64,000 bases of DNA from Gammaproteobacteria bacterium (GCA_963662545.2 CAXXLL010000002.1:1696001-1760000); one strand, 5' to 3'; positions 11,238 to 22,742 are shown, counted from the stretch's first letter. A program made the numbers and translations. The notes: generated by a model not told the origin, from the letters alone.

Positions 11238-12281
11238 CTAAGGGATAATAACCCCTCGCCCCACAATGTCCCGGTTTTTAAAGTCTGTAATGGCAGCATT
11301 GATGTTGTCTAAAGCGTATTCCTGGGCGTGAATATTGACCCGCCGCTCTGCGTTAAGCTCCATCAACTCGACCAATTCCATATAGTTCCCCACCAAACAG
11401 CCCGCGACTGCAATCTCGTTGATAATCATATGTGCGGTGGGAATTTTAATTTCACCACCATAGCCGACGATGAAGTGCGTACCTCCCTGGCGCAACATTT
11501 GCCAACACTGTTGTTCAGCTCCCAGCTCACCTACCAAATCAATCACGGCGTGAGCACCGCCTTTGGTCAATTCTTGCACTTCCTCGACAACATTAGGGCC
11601 CCCGTCAAGCACATGCGTTGCCCCAAGGTCTGCCGCCAGTTTGCGTGCCGACTCACTGGTATCAATCGCAATAGTACGGGTTCCACATAACTCGTGCAGC
11701 GACTGCAACGCGATGTGACCCAGGCCCCCAACCCCCAGCACCACACAATATTGACCCGGCGTTAACTGTTTGGCCGCCCGTTTGGCCGCCCGATAGGCGG
11801 TGATGCCAGCATCGGCCATTGGGGCTACGGCCACAGGTAAAACATCTTCGTTAAGCTTGATCAGTGCCCGCTCGTTGGTGAGCACATAATCAGCAAAGCC
11901 ACCGTGGATATTCAGACCGGGAAAGATGCCGTTCTCACAATACATATCCTCACCCCGACGGCACGGATGACAGACACCACAGGTGCGTAAGGGGTGGCAA
12001 ATCACTGCGTCGCCGGGCTTCACCGAGGTGACTCCACTGCCTACCGCCTCGACCCACCCTGCATTTTCGTGACCCATGATGTAGGGCAACAATGCCCCTT
12101 CCGGGTCCATGAGGTCTTTCCAAACGCCTTCGACGATGTGTAAATCGGTCCGACACAATCCGGCTGCACCAACCCGTACAATCACCTCATCAGCGGCTTT
12201 GATGGTTGGATCAGGCACGGTTTCAAGCTTTAACTCAACATTCATCTCTTCGTCGTACTCATACAACATTGCTGCTTTCAT
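11238..12281 (-). CDS. Zinc-dependent alcohol dehydrogenase (MDR family)
   Basis: GLCRTD, GHE, CxxCxxCx7C, GVGGLG. Confidence 0.93.
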   Translation of the reverse strand: MKAAMLYEYDEEMNVELKLETVPDPTIKAADEVIVRVGAAGLCRTDLHIVEGVWKDLMDPEGALLPYIMGHENAGWVEAVGSGVTSVKPGDAVICHPLRTCGVCHPCRRGEDMYCENGIFPGLNIHGGFADYVLTNERALIKLNEDVLPVAVAPMADAGITAYRAAKRAAKQLTPGQYCVVLGVGGLGHIALQSLHELCGTRTIAIDTSESARKLAADLGATHVLDGGPNVVEEVQELTKGGAHAVIDLVGELGAEQQCWQMLRQGGTHFIVGYGGEIKIPTAHMIINEIAVAGCLVGNYMELVELMELNAERRVNIHAQEYALDNINAAITDFKNRDIVGRGVIIP

Positions 12282-12951
12282 ACTAATACGCTCCTTATCT
12301 GCATTATCAATGCATAGTTAGATTGACTACTTCAGCATCAGTGGGGATGCGGATCAACATGCTGGCCTCCCCTACTGATTCCCTACTTCAGCGCCGGAGC
12401 AAAACACCGCGCGGATCGACGTGCTCGCGGATCACGCTGAACTCTTCGGAGCCCGGCACCGAGGTTTGCGGCACCGCATCGGGAACGCAGTCGTGGATGA
12501 AGCCGGGGTGGTCTTCCAGAACCGTTCCGCTCATTCGTTGACGCACCCCTACTTGAGATTACGGGCGACACCGAAGAGAGCTAATAGCTTCGTGTGTACC
12601 AAGACGCTGAAGCGGCCAAACGCAGGAGCGTGATCGTACCCCTAGACTCGAGCCACGTTTGATGTGGGAGATTGAACATATCAGGCGACTTTCCCGACGA
12701 ACACTTGGGGTGACTATGACGAGCGGCGGCCCGCGGCCATTAGCCGACATCGAGCGGACGTGACTGCATAGTCGATCGGTGAGTGTGAAAACGATGTGGC
12801 TCAGTCAAGCATATGGCAATAAGCTTTTTGGATAATGGAGATGTTTCCGAATCTTTATTGTGTGCGAACCCCTCAAACCGCGCGAACGAGCCGACCGAGA
12901 ATACGGCGCTGGACGGCATTTCGAAATAGCGGACGAGCGGATGGAGCAATC

Positions 12952-13521
12952 ATGTCAAAGCTATCGATTCACGCGAGCTTAGTACTTCTCAGCCTTCTTT
13001 CGCTGTCGAGCGCTATCGCCGTCGATATTTTCAATCAACCGACGACATATCCGAACGTATGTGCAGGCTGTTGGACTTCGCACACGTCGACCGGGAAGAA
13101 CGGATTCCAGGCCTTCGAGAGTTTTGCGCTCTCGAGCACCCAGCGAATGTCCGAGGTGCGTTGGCAAGGCTTGTATTGGGATTCCATCAAGGCAGCGAAT
13201 AATCCGGTGGCGCCTATCACCACGACTTGGGAGATCAGTATTTGGTCCGACGCTGCCGGGGCGCCGGGCGTCCAGCTGTACGTGGAAACGAAACCTTTTG
13301 CGGACGTGTCGTCAATCTTGGTCGGGAACACCGTAATGGATAACGGCGACACCGTTCCTGCGTTCGATTTTTGCCTTTCGTCTGGCAACGCCCTTTTGGG
13401 CATCGGCGGAAACCACTTATTGGGTACCTCCCCGGTCGTTTGGACCGGCCTCCAATGCGATTTTTTCTCGGGGCTCAGGCACTGGCGGGGACGGCACGAC
13501 GTTTCAACTGGCGTATCCTAG
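12952..13521 (+). pseudogene. Secreted PEP-CTERM-type protein with degraded C-terminus
   Basis: Signal peptide followed by a beta-rich domain (SDAAGAPG); frame deteriorates after about 13370. Confidence 0.45.
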
Positions 13522-13707
13522 CGGAAAGACCTTTATACAATCGGGTGACCGCGCCTTGATGTTGGTAGAGTCCGAGTAATCTATCGGCCCTTTGTAGCTA
13601 TTGAGATCGTTGATGACGGGTTTCGGTCTGCACCCCGGTCACATTCGAACCTTCTGGTCTTGGCCATGCCCTTCGATTCCGTCGGTTCGTACTAACCGAG
13701 GAGGGGG

Positions 13708-14370
13708 CTAGTCGGCCGCGAAGCAATACAGGAAGCCTTCTCCGCCGGTGTTCACCAGGTTCTGCTGACTGCAGCCGCGCGATGGATGAGTGGAGTTCCA
13801 CGAGGTGTTGCCGCCCCCGTGCCGATCGTGGTGGCCTACCTGCGCGCTACCTTTGCCGTCTTCCGAACTCGTCCAGTTACTGCAGGTATGGTCGCCTTTC
13901 TCCCACGGAAAGTAGGCCGTGCCGTCGTCCTTGGAACCTGTCAGGATGTCGTGTTTGTTTGGCTTGTCACCGCGCCCGTTGACCAAATTGCCGTTTTCAT
14001 CCAGCGCTGTGCGTTTGACGATGTTGGGGCCCAGGTGCAGTTGGTCGAGGTCGCTGGCGATCAATTCGCCGCGTGCGTTATACCAGGGGCCTTTGCCGAT
14101 CCGGTCGCGCGCGGATTTACCGTATGCTTTGCCGTCGGGTGATTGTGTGCTCAGGTAGGCGCGCCACTCCCGTGCTTTGGAACCGGCAGCTTCGGCCAAC
14201 TTGGCGCAGTGTGCGTCGGCCCCTTCGAGCCCGCCGAGGTCACCGCCTTTGCCGATACTAACGCTGGTCACGAAAAAGCCCATAGAGTGATCGGCCGCGC
14301 TCGTAGTACCCGTCACCATCAGTAGTCCGGCGACAATCACTATTGTTGTGGCGGTTTCTGCGATTTTCAT
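13708..14370 (-). CDS. Secreted lectin-like (C-type lectin/endostatin-like) protein
   Basis: Signal peptide; FFVTS, GDLGGLEGADAHC, WRAYLS, LYCFA. Confidence 0.8.
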   Translation of the reverse strand: MKIAETATTIVIVAGLLMVTGTTSAADHSMGFFVTSVSIGKGGDLGGLEGADAHCAKLAEAAGSKAREWRAYLSTQSPDGKAYGKSARDRIGKGPWYNARGELIASDLDQLHLGPNIVKRTALDENGNLVNGRGDKPNKHDILTGSKDDGTAYFPWEKGDHTCSNWTSSEDGKGSAQVGHHDRHGGGNTSWNSTHPSRGCSQQNLVNTGGEGFLYCFAAD

Positions 14371-14939
14371 TTCGGTTTCCTCCTGAAATACGGCGCTCAT
14401 TGGACACTGCAGTTTCAGTCTGCGAACGCACAATTCTAGAGCGTGGGTGACTACCGGTCAACGGACCAATTCTGTAAAGTAACTGTGCAAAAACTCACAG
14501 GTGTGGCTCCCGAAAAAGAGGTCGTTTCGACGAGCGCTACATCTTGACGCGCAGGTTCTGCTTATAGTAGAGCGGCCCCGAGGTCAGACGGGTTGCGGGC
14601 CGAGGCGGATGCCGGAAAGTCGGTCTACTCATTGCCGGTTAGAGTGCAGGCTTCTTAACCCTGTTCCCCGTCCTCGGGAGGCGAAAAATCCTCTGCCCAG
14701 AATTTCTTCCGCGCCCACAACCACACCTACCAGGACGCGGCCATCCAGAACGTGAAGGCGAGTGCTACTGGGATCGGATTTGACTCGGGAGCGCCAAGAG
14801 CGAGCCACAGACCAAACGACACGCCGATTAAGTTCGATTGTGCGTGCCCGCTCGATTCTATCGTCGACAAGCGCGGTCGCGAACGAGCCGGGGAGTGGCT
14901 AAAATCGTCGTCCGTCTATTCAGAGCCAAGGGAGGTCCC

Positions 14940-15326
14940 ATGAACAAGAAACATGTGCCCGACACGATCGCGCCGCCGATCGCCGCCTATAGCCACGGCA
15001 TTGAGATCCCGCCGAACTCGCGAATCCTGCACACCGCGGGGCAGGTAGGCATATTGCCTGACGGCACAACACCTGAGGGAATCGAGGCGCAGACTGATGC
15101 CGCCTGGACCAATCTCATAGCCATTCTGGCGTCAGCCGGTATGGGGATCGATGATGTCGTCAAGGTCGTAACCTACGTGACGAGCGAGGAGGACTTCTGG
15201 CCGATGGCGCAGACCCGCGCCAAATTCTGGGGTGATGCGCGGCCCGCTTCGACAGGCATTATCGTCAAGGCGCTGGCCAAACCGGAATGGGTGGTCGAGG
15301 TCGATCTCGTCGCCGCCAAAGCCTGA
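14940..15326 (+). CDS. RidA/YjgF/UK114-family protein
   Basis: YSHG, AGQVG, RPAST, VEVD; RBS GGAGG. Confidence 0.9.
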   Translation: MNKKHVPDTIAPPIAAYSHGIEIPPNSRILHTAGQVGILPDGTTPEGIEAQTDAAWTNLIAILASAGMGIDDVVKVVTYVTSEEDFWPMAQTRAKFWGDARPASTGIIVKALAKPEWVVEVDLVAAKA

Positions 15327-15590
15327 ACTCGAACCCACGTTACGCGCTGTAGGACGGGCGCCGGCCCGCCTTGAGTCGCGTGCTATCGGCAGGTGGCCTA
15401 ACGACGTTTGCTCAGAACTCGTTCTTCCTGAGCTGATCGGCGACGTATTCGGCTTGGCGGATGGCGAGCCTCACGATCGTCAGCGTTGCACGAGGTGCCG
15501 CTCGCGGAGATCAGCTTCATCGATCCCGACGCGGGCGAGAGCTTTACCGGTCAACGCCACCGAGATTTGATTAGCGCTATTCATAACAAT

Positions 15591-15690
15591 TCATTTCGGC
15601 ATCGCGACGAAGCCGAATAAGCCCATTACAGCCGTGGCGAGCAGAGGGAGTGCGGCGGGGACGGGAACGGCGCTTGCCGTAGTGCTATTC
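15591..15690 (-). pseudogene. Orphan VPxPA-CTERM sorting-signal remnant
   Basis: Translates as SAVPVPAALPLLATAVMGLFGFVAMPK*. Confidence 0.55.
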
Positions 15691-15788
15691 TCGAATCCGA
15701 TTCAAAAATATTCACTTAATTAACTATCCGCTTTTCTGGGACCAGATCAGTCGGACCCCTGAAGCGGATCCATTCGAGGGGGCGATCA

Positions 15789-17213
15789 ATGAGCAACCCG
15801 GCCAGTCCTCAATCCGCTCTTGAGTGCGATCTGCTGCTTACGGGCGGCGCGGTGGTAACGATGGACGACGAACGCAGGGTCTTGGAGCCGGGCACGGTCG
15901 CCGTGAAGGGCGAAGCGATCACCGCCGTCGGAACGCCGGGAGAGTTCGACGGGTACCGGGCGCGGCGGACGATCGACTGCAGCGGGAAAGCGGTGATACC
16001 CGGCTTCGTCGACTGTCACAACCACTTCTTCCAGACGCTCGGCCGCGGGATCGGCGAAGGCATGCCACTCCTGCCGTGGCTCTCACAGTTCATGTGGCCC
16101 TACGCTTCACACGCGACGACTGCCGACGTGCGGGCGGCCGCCTGGCTGGCCGCCGTCGAGGCCGTCAGGACGGGGACGACCTTCGTGCTCGACAACCACT
16201 ACTCGCCGACCGATCTGGACAGCGTTCTCGCCGTAGTCGACGCGATAGCCGACGTCGGCCTCCGTGGGGTCGTGGCGCGCGGCGTCAACGGGCCGATGAA
16301 CGACGTGGCCCGCGGCCAGGGATTACTGGAGACGATGTATCCATACTCCGCGTCCGAAGAGCTCGACATCACGCGGGACTGCCTGCGCGCCCGCCCGCCC
16401 GGCAGCCCCGTGACCGTGTGGCCGGCGCCGCTCATCATGACGTTCGTCGACCAGTCCTTGACGCTCGACTGCATCGCCCTGGCGCGCGAGTTCGGCACGC
16501 ATTGGCACACGCATTGTTCAGAGACGCGCGACGACCCGGAGATCTTTCTCGACGCATACGGGGTTCGTCCCGCCGACTGGCTCTACGAGGAAGGCGTCCT
16601 CGACGCCCGAACGACGCTCGCGCACGGGATCTGGTTCGACGACCGCGAGATAGAGCGGCTCGGCGAAGCGCGGGTGGGCATCGTCTACAACCCGATCTCC
16701 AATCAGTACCTGGCCTCGGGATCGATTCGCCTGCAGGCCCTGCAGCAGGCGGGCGCGGTCGTCGGCCTGGGAACCGACGGCGTCGCTTGCACCGGCCGTC
16801 AGGACATGTTCGAGACCATGAAGCAAGCCATCCTCCTGCAGCGCGTGAGCACGCTGGATCCCGAGTCCTGCAGCAGCGAGAACGCCCTGGAGATGGCGAC
16901 GGTCGAAGGTGCTCGCATGTGCGGCATCAACGCGGGGGCACTTGCGCCGGGAAAGAATGCGGATCTGGCCGTTGTTCGGCTCGATCGGCCCCACGCGACG
17001 CCGCTCAACAGGACGGTGGCGACTCTGACGTACGCCGCGCGCTCGGACGACGTACAGATGACGGTGATTGGAGGCCGCATCGTCTACGAGAACGGCCGCT
17101 GCACGCTCGTCGACGAGGAGGAGATCCGGTCCGAGGCCCAGCGCAGATGCGACGATCTGGTAGGGCGTGCCGGAATCGGGCATCTACGAACGCCTTGGAG
17201 AGGTACGGCGTGA
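15789..17213 (+). CDS. Amidohydrolase (MTA/SAH deaminase / AtzA-like)
   Basis: PGFVDCHNH, HTHCSE, LAHG, LGTDG, GKNADL. Confidence 0.9.
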   Translation: MSNPASPQSALECDLLLTGGAVVTMDDERRVLEPGTVAVKGEAITAVGTPGEFDGYRARRTIDCSGKAVIPGFVDCHNHFFQTLGRGIGEGMPLLPWLSQFMWPYASHATTADVRAAAWLAAVEAVRTGTTFVLDNHYSPTDLDSVLAVVDAIADVGLRGVVARGVNGPMNDVARGQGLLETMYPYSASEELDITRDCLRARPPGSPVTVWPAPLIMTFVDQSLTLDCIALAREFGTHWHTHCSETRDDPEIFLDAYGVRPADWLYEEGVLDARTTLAHGIWFDDREIERLGEARVGIVYNPISNQYLASGSIRLQALQQAGAVVGLGTDGVACTGRQDMFETMKQAILLQRVSTLDPESCSSENALEMATVEGARMCGINAGALAPGKNADLAVVRLDRPHATPLNRTVATLTYAARSDDVQMTVIGGRIVYENGRCTLVDEEEIRSEAQRRCDDLVGRAGIGHLRTPWRGTA

Positions 17214-17458
17214 GTCGGCTGCGCAAGCGGTACGTCCCATTTGTAGGTTGGGGTGGAAGCGCAGCGCAACCCCGACACGTCCTCGACAATCGGGGAAAGG
17301 GAATCGGTGTCACACGTATGCGACCAGTTCTGTTGACGATTACGCTCCTCACTTTGAGTAACGAGAATGTGGCCTGTCGCGTTTGGTTCCGGTGAGTAGC
17401 CCGGGGGATTTCACCCCGAGGCCCTCGTAGAACCGGACGTGAACGTCTCCGTTCATCC

Positions 17459-19080
17459 TATTGTGTTGAAAAACGTCGGTTGAAACCGGAGTTGCACGTG
17501 AGATGCTGGAAGTTCGTCGGGTTAGCGAACCCGTTTTGGGTTTGTTCGTCGGCTCGGTGGCCGATTGTTGTTGGTTATCGGGTCAAATCCGTTAAGCGAG
17601 CACACCCATCCCACAGGGTGGCGAGCGACTTACCAGTTTGGCGAGCTTTCGAAGGTTCTGGGCAGTCGCGGCTAACAGAAACTCATCCTGTGCGCCGCTC
17701 AAGCCGCGTAATCGCAGGCGGTCCAGTTTCAGAATGCGCTTGAGATGCGCGAACAACATCTCGACCTTCTTGCGGTCGTTGCGTGACTGCGCGTAAGCCT
17801 CGGTGGTTGCGAGTGCCCGGACCCGGTCACGAGCGTCCTCGTGAATAGAGCGGTGGATCTTTCGAGCCGGTTCCTTCGGGCAGCACTGGTCTTTCAACAA
17901 GCAGTGGCCACAGTCGGATTGGCTCGCACGATAGATGATGGTGTTGGCTTTCGTGACACCGGTACGCTTGTTTTTGAACTGGCGTCGATTGCGCCTGAGC
18001 GACTTGCCGTCTGGACACAGATAACAGTCCGCTTCAGGCTTCCAGGTAAACTCAGAGCGACCGAACTGACCCTCCTTGCCCGCGGATTTATCCATCACCG
18101 GAACGTGTGGGGTAATTTGTTTCTCTTCAACTAACCAGCCGAGCATCTGTGCATTGCCGTACGCCGTGTCACCGGCGAGGTGCTCAGGTTTAACCCCGAA
18201 ACGTTTCTCAGTGTGGTCAATCATCGTACGGGCTGCTTGTGCCTCCTCGCTCAGCGTGGACGGCGAGGCTTCGACACCAACGATAATCGCCGAGTCGATG
18301 TCGATAAGATAGTTAGTCGAATAGGAGTAGTTCGCTGGCCCGCCGGGCGCCGAGGTCCAACACGATGCCGGGTCGGTCAGTGAAATCGCTTTGCGTGTTG
18401 CTTCATGGGCACGCACCACCTGCTCATCATTATCCAGTGCGTCGAGATACTCGCGTACCGCTCGGGTCTTGCGTCCTGGTCGTTCCCACTTGATGCCTTC
18501 CTTACCCGAGAACCCACGTTTACGATTTGCGTCGGCCTTAATGAGGCTCGCGTCTACCGCGAAACCTTCGCCTCCCACCAACCCTTCAGCCATACAACGC
18601 TCAACCACCGACTCAAACACGAACCGAAACAGCTCACAATCGCGGTACCGGCCATGCCGATTCTTCGAAAACGTCGAGTGCTCGGGCACCTGGTCTTCCA
18701 GACCCAGCCGACAGAACCAACGATAGGCCAAATTAAGATGAACCTCTTCGCACAGCCGGCGCTCCGAGCGGATACCAAAGCAGTAACCCACCAGCAGCAT
18801 GCGAATCATCAACTCCGGATCAATCGAAGGACGACCCATGTCACTATAGTAAGGTGCGAGGTGTTGACGTATCTGGCTGAAGTCGAGGAAGCGGTCAAGC
18901 GCACGCAGTACATGCTTCTCAGGCACGTGCTGCTCAATGCAGAACTCATAAAACAGTTGATTTTGACCCGCCGGCAGTCGTCCCATCATCGACGCGTCTC
19001 TCCGCGAAAAGGGGTACGCGGGATCTGATCAATGAATTGCCCGATAGTTCCCTGTTGTGAGCGACTTTTTCAACACAATA
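17459..19080 (-). mobile_element. IS1182-family element with 4-bp TSD ATCC
   Basis: IR TATTGTGTTGAAAAA at both ends; ATCC at 17455-17458 and 19081-19084. Confidence 0.92.
17592..18989 (-). CDS. IS1182-family transposase
   Basis: GRPSIDPE, AVDASLI, GDTAYG, RKKVEMLFAHLK. Confidence 0.92.
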   Translation of the reverse strand: MMGRLPAGQNQLFYEFCIEQHVPEKHVLRALDRFLDFSQIRQHLAPYYSDMGRPSIDPELMIRMLLVGYCFGIRSERRLCEEVHLNLAYRWFCRLGLEDQVPEHSTFSKNRHGRYRDCELFRFVFESVVERCMAEGLVGGEGFAVDASLIKADANRKRGFSGKEGIKWERPGRKTRAVREYLDALDNDEQVVRAHEATRKAISLTDPASCWTSAPGGPANYSYSTNYLIDIDSAIIVGVEASPSTLSEEAQAARTMIDHTEKRFGVKPEHLAGDTAYGNAQMLGWLVEEKQITPHVPVMDKSAGKEGQFGRSEFTWKPEADCYLCPDGKSLRRNRRQFKNKRTGVTKANTIIYRASQSDCGHCLLKDQCCPKEPARKIHRSIHEDARDRVRALATTEAYAQSRNDRKKVEMLFAHLKRILKLDRLRLRGLSGAQDEFLLAATAQNLRKLAKLVSRSPPCGMGVLA

Positions 19081-19129
19081 ATCCGACTCCCGTCATTCAG
19101 CCAGGATGGTATTTCCGCACTTGGAAATA

Positions 19130-20516
19130 GAGTTATTGTCAAAAGTGGTGTTCAGGCGGTTGAATCAAGCGGCGACCTGATTGACCCTTGTCACCTCGAT
19201 ACCATCTTCAAATTTAACTCCAGTAATCACCTTGGCCAGATAGTCGAATCCACGTAGGCGTCGCCAATTCTTCTGCGCACACCGCCCCAGCTTGAACATC
19301 ATATGGAGCATGCCGTCCCGAGAGAGACAGCCCTTGGAGCGCCGGGTCCGGTGCCGGATCGTAGCGAAGGTGGATTCAATCGGATTGCTCGTGCGAATGC
19401 TTTGCCAATGCGGTGCCGGAAAATCATAGAACACCAGCAACTCCTCACGGTCTTTCTGTAGGCACAGGGTCGCCTTGGGATACTTCGGTTCATAGGTCTT
19501 GAGGAACAGCTCGAACGCCTTCTCGGCGTCGGCCTTTGTCGCGGCCTGCCAGATCGCGTGCAGGGCTTGCCTGGCTTTGGCCTGTGCCGACTTCGGTAGG
19601 CAGTTCAGCACCGTTCATCGTCTTGTGCATCCAGCAGCGTTGCTGGCGGGTCTCACCGTAGACTTCCTCCAGTGCGGCCCAGAAGCCCATGGCACCGTCC
19701 TCGATCGCCAGCTTGGGAATATTCATCCCGCGTGACTTCAATTTCAGCAACACCTCGCGCCAGCTCTGCGTGGACTCCCGCACACCATCCTCCATCGCCA
19801 AAAAACGCTTCTCACCTCGCGCATTTACGCCGATCACCACCAACGCACACAGCTTCGTGTGCTCCGCCCGCAGGCCACTGTAGACACCGTCCGCCCACAC
19901 ATACACCCAGCGGTCTTGGTCCAATCGCCCCTCGCACCAGTCGCGGTATTCTTGCGCCCACACCTGCTTCAAGCGCGACACTGTGCTCGCCGACAGGCCC
20001 TTCGCCTGCGGCCCCAACAAAACTTCCAGCGCAGCGCCCATTTCGCCACTGGAAACGCCCTTCAAATACAGCCACGGCACGGCCGCCTCCAAGGTTCTTG
20101 TCTTGCGCACATACGGCGGCACCAGCGCTGAACGGAAGGTCACCGGCTCGCCGAGCTTCGAACGAACCTTCGGTATCCTCACCGTCACCGGCCCCAAGCC
20201 CGTCTGCAACTGTCGCTCCGGCAAATAGCCGTTCCGAACGACACCCGCTTTGTCGTCCGCCGTGCGATGGCTTGAATACTGCGCCAAATACTCTGCCAGC
20301 TCGCTTTCAACTGCTCGCTCAATCAGCGCCCGTGCACCGTTTCTCAAAACCTCCGTCAACGGATCTGAAATTCCTCCTCGACCTGATATTTCAACAACGT
20401 TACTCTCTCTCATGGTGGCGTATCCTCTTTGGTTGGCTTGCTGCTTGGTAACAACATTTCAACCAGATACGCCGCCTTTCTTCAACTATCTCAAACACCA
20501 GATTCCGTTATAACTC
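19130..20516 (-). mobile_element. IS256-family element; transposase (19165-20413) frameshifted near 19615
   Basis: GAGTTAT...ATAACTC ends; RNGY, WADG, QRCWMHK and RTSNPIES motifs. Confidence 0.88.
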
Positions 20517-20974
20517 TGTCGATCACGAAGGGGAGGTGCTCGAAGTTTTTGCCACGAAACAGCGGGGTCGCAAGGCTGCACTGAGGTTTCTGAAACGCGC
20601 AATGAAGCGCTACGGCCGGCCAAAGGTGAGCGTGACGGACCGGCTCAAATCATACCGGGCTGCGATGAATGTGATCGGCAATGCCGCCGCTCAGACTTGC
20701 GGTCAGTGGCTCAACAATCGAGCAGAAAACTCACACCAGCCGTTCCGGCGACGGGAAGGGGCAATGGCCAGGTTCAGGGGCATCAAGACCCTGCAGAAAT
20801 TTGCTGCTGCCCACGCCTCGATCCACAATCATTTCAATCAGGAACGTCATCTTTATAACCGCGAAACCTTCAAACTCAATCGCTCCGCCGCTTTGGCCGA
20901 GTGGCGTCGACTTGTAGCCTGAGAGACCTCGATTGTTGGCTCTACTGCTCCGAGCAAGTTAGTCTGACAATGCC
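20517..20974 (+). mobile_element. IS6-family 3' half plus right IR
   Basis: VDHEGEVL...WRRLVA; ends in TCTGACAATGCC. Confidence 0.85.
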
Positions 20975-21343
20975 ATTGGGTGTGATGGACGAGGGGATGG
21001 TCGTGCCGGATCGTGACCAGACGACACGGCCACGGCGAAGGTGGAAATGGCTCCGGCAGCCGCGCGTCCGCCAGACGGAAGGGTGCAACGAGACGGAGCC
21101 GCTGAAGTGCCGGGTGGCGCGCCAGCTCGGGGAATCGTCGGGGACGAGGCTGAGCTGGATGGTGGCGCCGCAGCCGCAGGGGCAGAGCATGGCGGCGGAC
21201 CACGGCCGCGGCCCGTCGCCGACCAGATAGAGCCGGCGAGGTTCGAGCAGATCGGGCACGTCCTCGACGGGTTCGGTCGCGAAATTCGGCCGGAGCCCCG
21301 AACGCTCTACCAGCCGCCACCACAGGTTCGCGAGAGCGGTCAA
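20942..21343 (-). CDS. DUF6527-family protein (last codons supplied by IS6)
   Basis: CPCGCG...SLHPSVW...GCRSHF...GRVVW signature; TTG start overlaps the E1 stop. Confidence 0.85.
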   Translation of the reverse strand: MTALANLWWRLVERSGLRPNFATEPVEDVPDLLEPRRLYLVGDGPRPWSAAMLCPCGCGATIQLSLVPDDSPSWRATRHFSGSVSLHPSVWRTRGCRSHFHLRRGRVVWSRSGTTIPSSITPNGIVRLTCSEQ

Positions 21344-22737
21344 GCGGCCTCCCTGGCAACGCTGAGTTCGGCCCAGTCGAGCAGTGGCGAGATGTCGCCC
21401 CGGCCGACGTACCGGGCTAGTACCGGGCAGGGGTCGCCGTCGCCTTCGTGTTCGTAGATGCCGTGGCTGAGGCTGAGTCGATGGACGGCGTACTCGGCGT
21501 TGGGATCCAAGCGGTACGGGTGCAAGCGGGCGAGAAACTCATTGACGGCGAGGCTCGCGAGCAGGACGTTGAGCTGCACCACGGCGGGCCGGTCCTCGTC
21601 GACGCCGCGGATGTAGCCGTCGTCGAGCAGGGCTCGGTAGGCGGCCGGATCGGTGCGGTAGAGCCCCGCTGCGCGCACCTGGTCCATGGTGTAGACGTGC
21701 CTGCTCAGCAGACTCGAGCCGCCGGGCTGGAGGTAGTGCACGGTACCGCACACCTGGTCGACGCCGCCGTGGCCGTCGGCCTCGAGCTTCACGCCGAGAT
21801 CGAAGTAAGGAATCAGGTAGAAGGTCGCCAGCTTGTTGAGGAGGTGGCGGCCGTCGATCGAGTCCATGCAGCCGAAGACGACGTCGCAGGTCGCGACGGC
21901 GCGCACGATGTCGGCGTCGAAAAGGCTTCGGGGATGGGTGTCGACCCGGGTGCCGAGTCCCATGGCCCGGATCGCACGGGCGGCGACGTCGACCTTGAGC
22001 CGTCCTTGCCGCGCATCCTCCATGGTGGCGTTGAGGATGCGGTTGAGGTTCTTCTCCTCGACGCGGTCCGGATCGACGAGCACCAGTTCGCCCACGCAGT
22101 TGCGGGCGAGCTGCTCGATCAACGGGCTCCCGGTTCCGGAACAGCCGACAACGGCGATGCGCAGGCGACGGAGACGGTCGTAGGTGCCGGCACCGAAGGT
22201 CTGGGCGATGCGGCGGCCGAACTCAGGTATGCTGGTCGTCGGCGATGCGGCGGGCCACAATGCCAGGTCGTCGCCGACGACGTTGACCGCGTGGAGCGGG
22301 TGGAAGCGGCCACGCTCGTCGACGAGTCTGCCGATCATGCGGCCGTCTTCGAACATGAGCGCGCTGCCGTGCGGCCCGGCGTCCGTCCAGGCGTGGACGG
22401 AGGGAAAGAGCTCGCGGTCGGCGCGGTCATCGATGCGGGAGAAAGGCGACGGGAGACGGTGGCCGTGCACCTTGACGACGGCGAGGCCGTGCCGGTCGGC
22501 CTGGGCGAGCACCGGTGGCAGCACCTTCGTCGGCCAGGTGACGCGTGTAGGCGTGCGCACGGAGCAGACGTGGTGAGGCACGGGGACGAGTTCGCGGACC
22601 AGCAGACGGTGTCGCTGGGCGGCTCGCCGGTGGCCGCACAATGCGAAGGCGACGGCCTCGCAGCCGTCGCCGGGGAACAGGTGGCGCTGCAGATCGGCGT
22701 GCTGGGGGCCGGTGAGCGTCAGGGTGGCGGTGCTCAC
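21340..22737 (-). CDS. JAB-peptidase/ThiF (E1) fusion protein
   Basis: GTG start at 22737; N-terminal E...HGH-x6-S-xx-D JAMM-like motif; ThiF motifs VGCSGTGS, DPDRVEEKNLNR and GCMD. Confidence 0.88.
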   Translation of the reverse strand: MSTATLTLTGPQHADLQRHLFPGDGCEAVAFALCGHRRAAQRHRLLVRELVPVPHHVCSVRTPTRVTWPTKVLPPVLAQADRHGLAVVKVHGHRLPSPFSRIDDRADRELFPSVHAWTDAGPHGSALMFEDGRMIGRLVDERGRFHPLHAVNVVGDDLALWPAASPTTSIPEFGRRIAQTFGAGTYDRLRRLRIAVVGCSGTGSPLIEQLARNCVGELVLVDPDRVEEKNLNRILNATMEDARQGRLKVDVAARAIRAMGLGTRVDTHPRSLFDADIVRAVATCDVVFGCMDSIDGRHLLNKLATFYLIPYFDLGVKLEADGHGGVDQVCGTVHYLQPGGSSLLSRHVYTMDQVRAAGLYRTDPAAYRALLDDGYIRGVDEDRPAVVQLNVLLASLAVNEFLARLHPYRLDPNAEYAVHRLSLSHGIYEHEGDGDPCPVLARYVGRGDISPLLDWAELSVAREAA

Positions 22738-22742
22738 GGATG

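Larger units (their letters stand above)
17391..19100 (-). ncRNA. Group II intron 3' remnant (domains V-VI) split by IS1182
   Basis: Removing the IS restores GAGTCGGATGAACGGAGACGTTCACGTCCGGTTC (DV) and GGGCCTCGGGGTGAAATCCCCCGGGCTACTCACC (DVI). Confidence 0.75.

Noticed and set aside
14560-14720. Possible structured ncRNA upstream of the RidA gene
   Set aside because: No recognisable family motif or convincing stems by eye.
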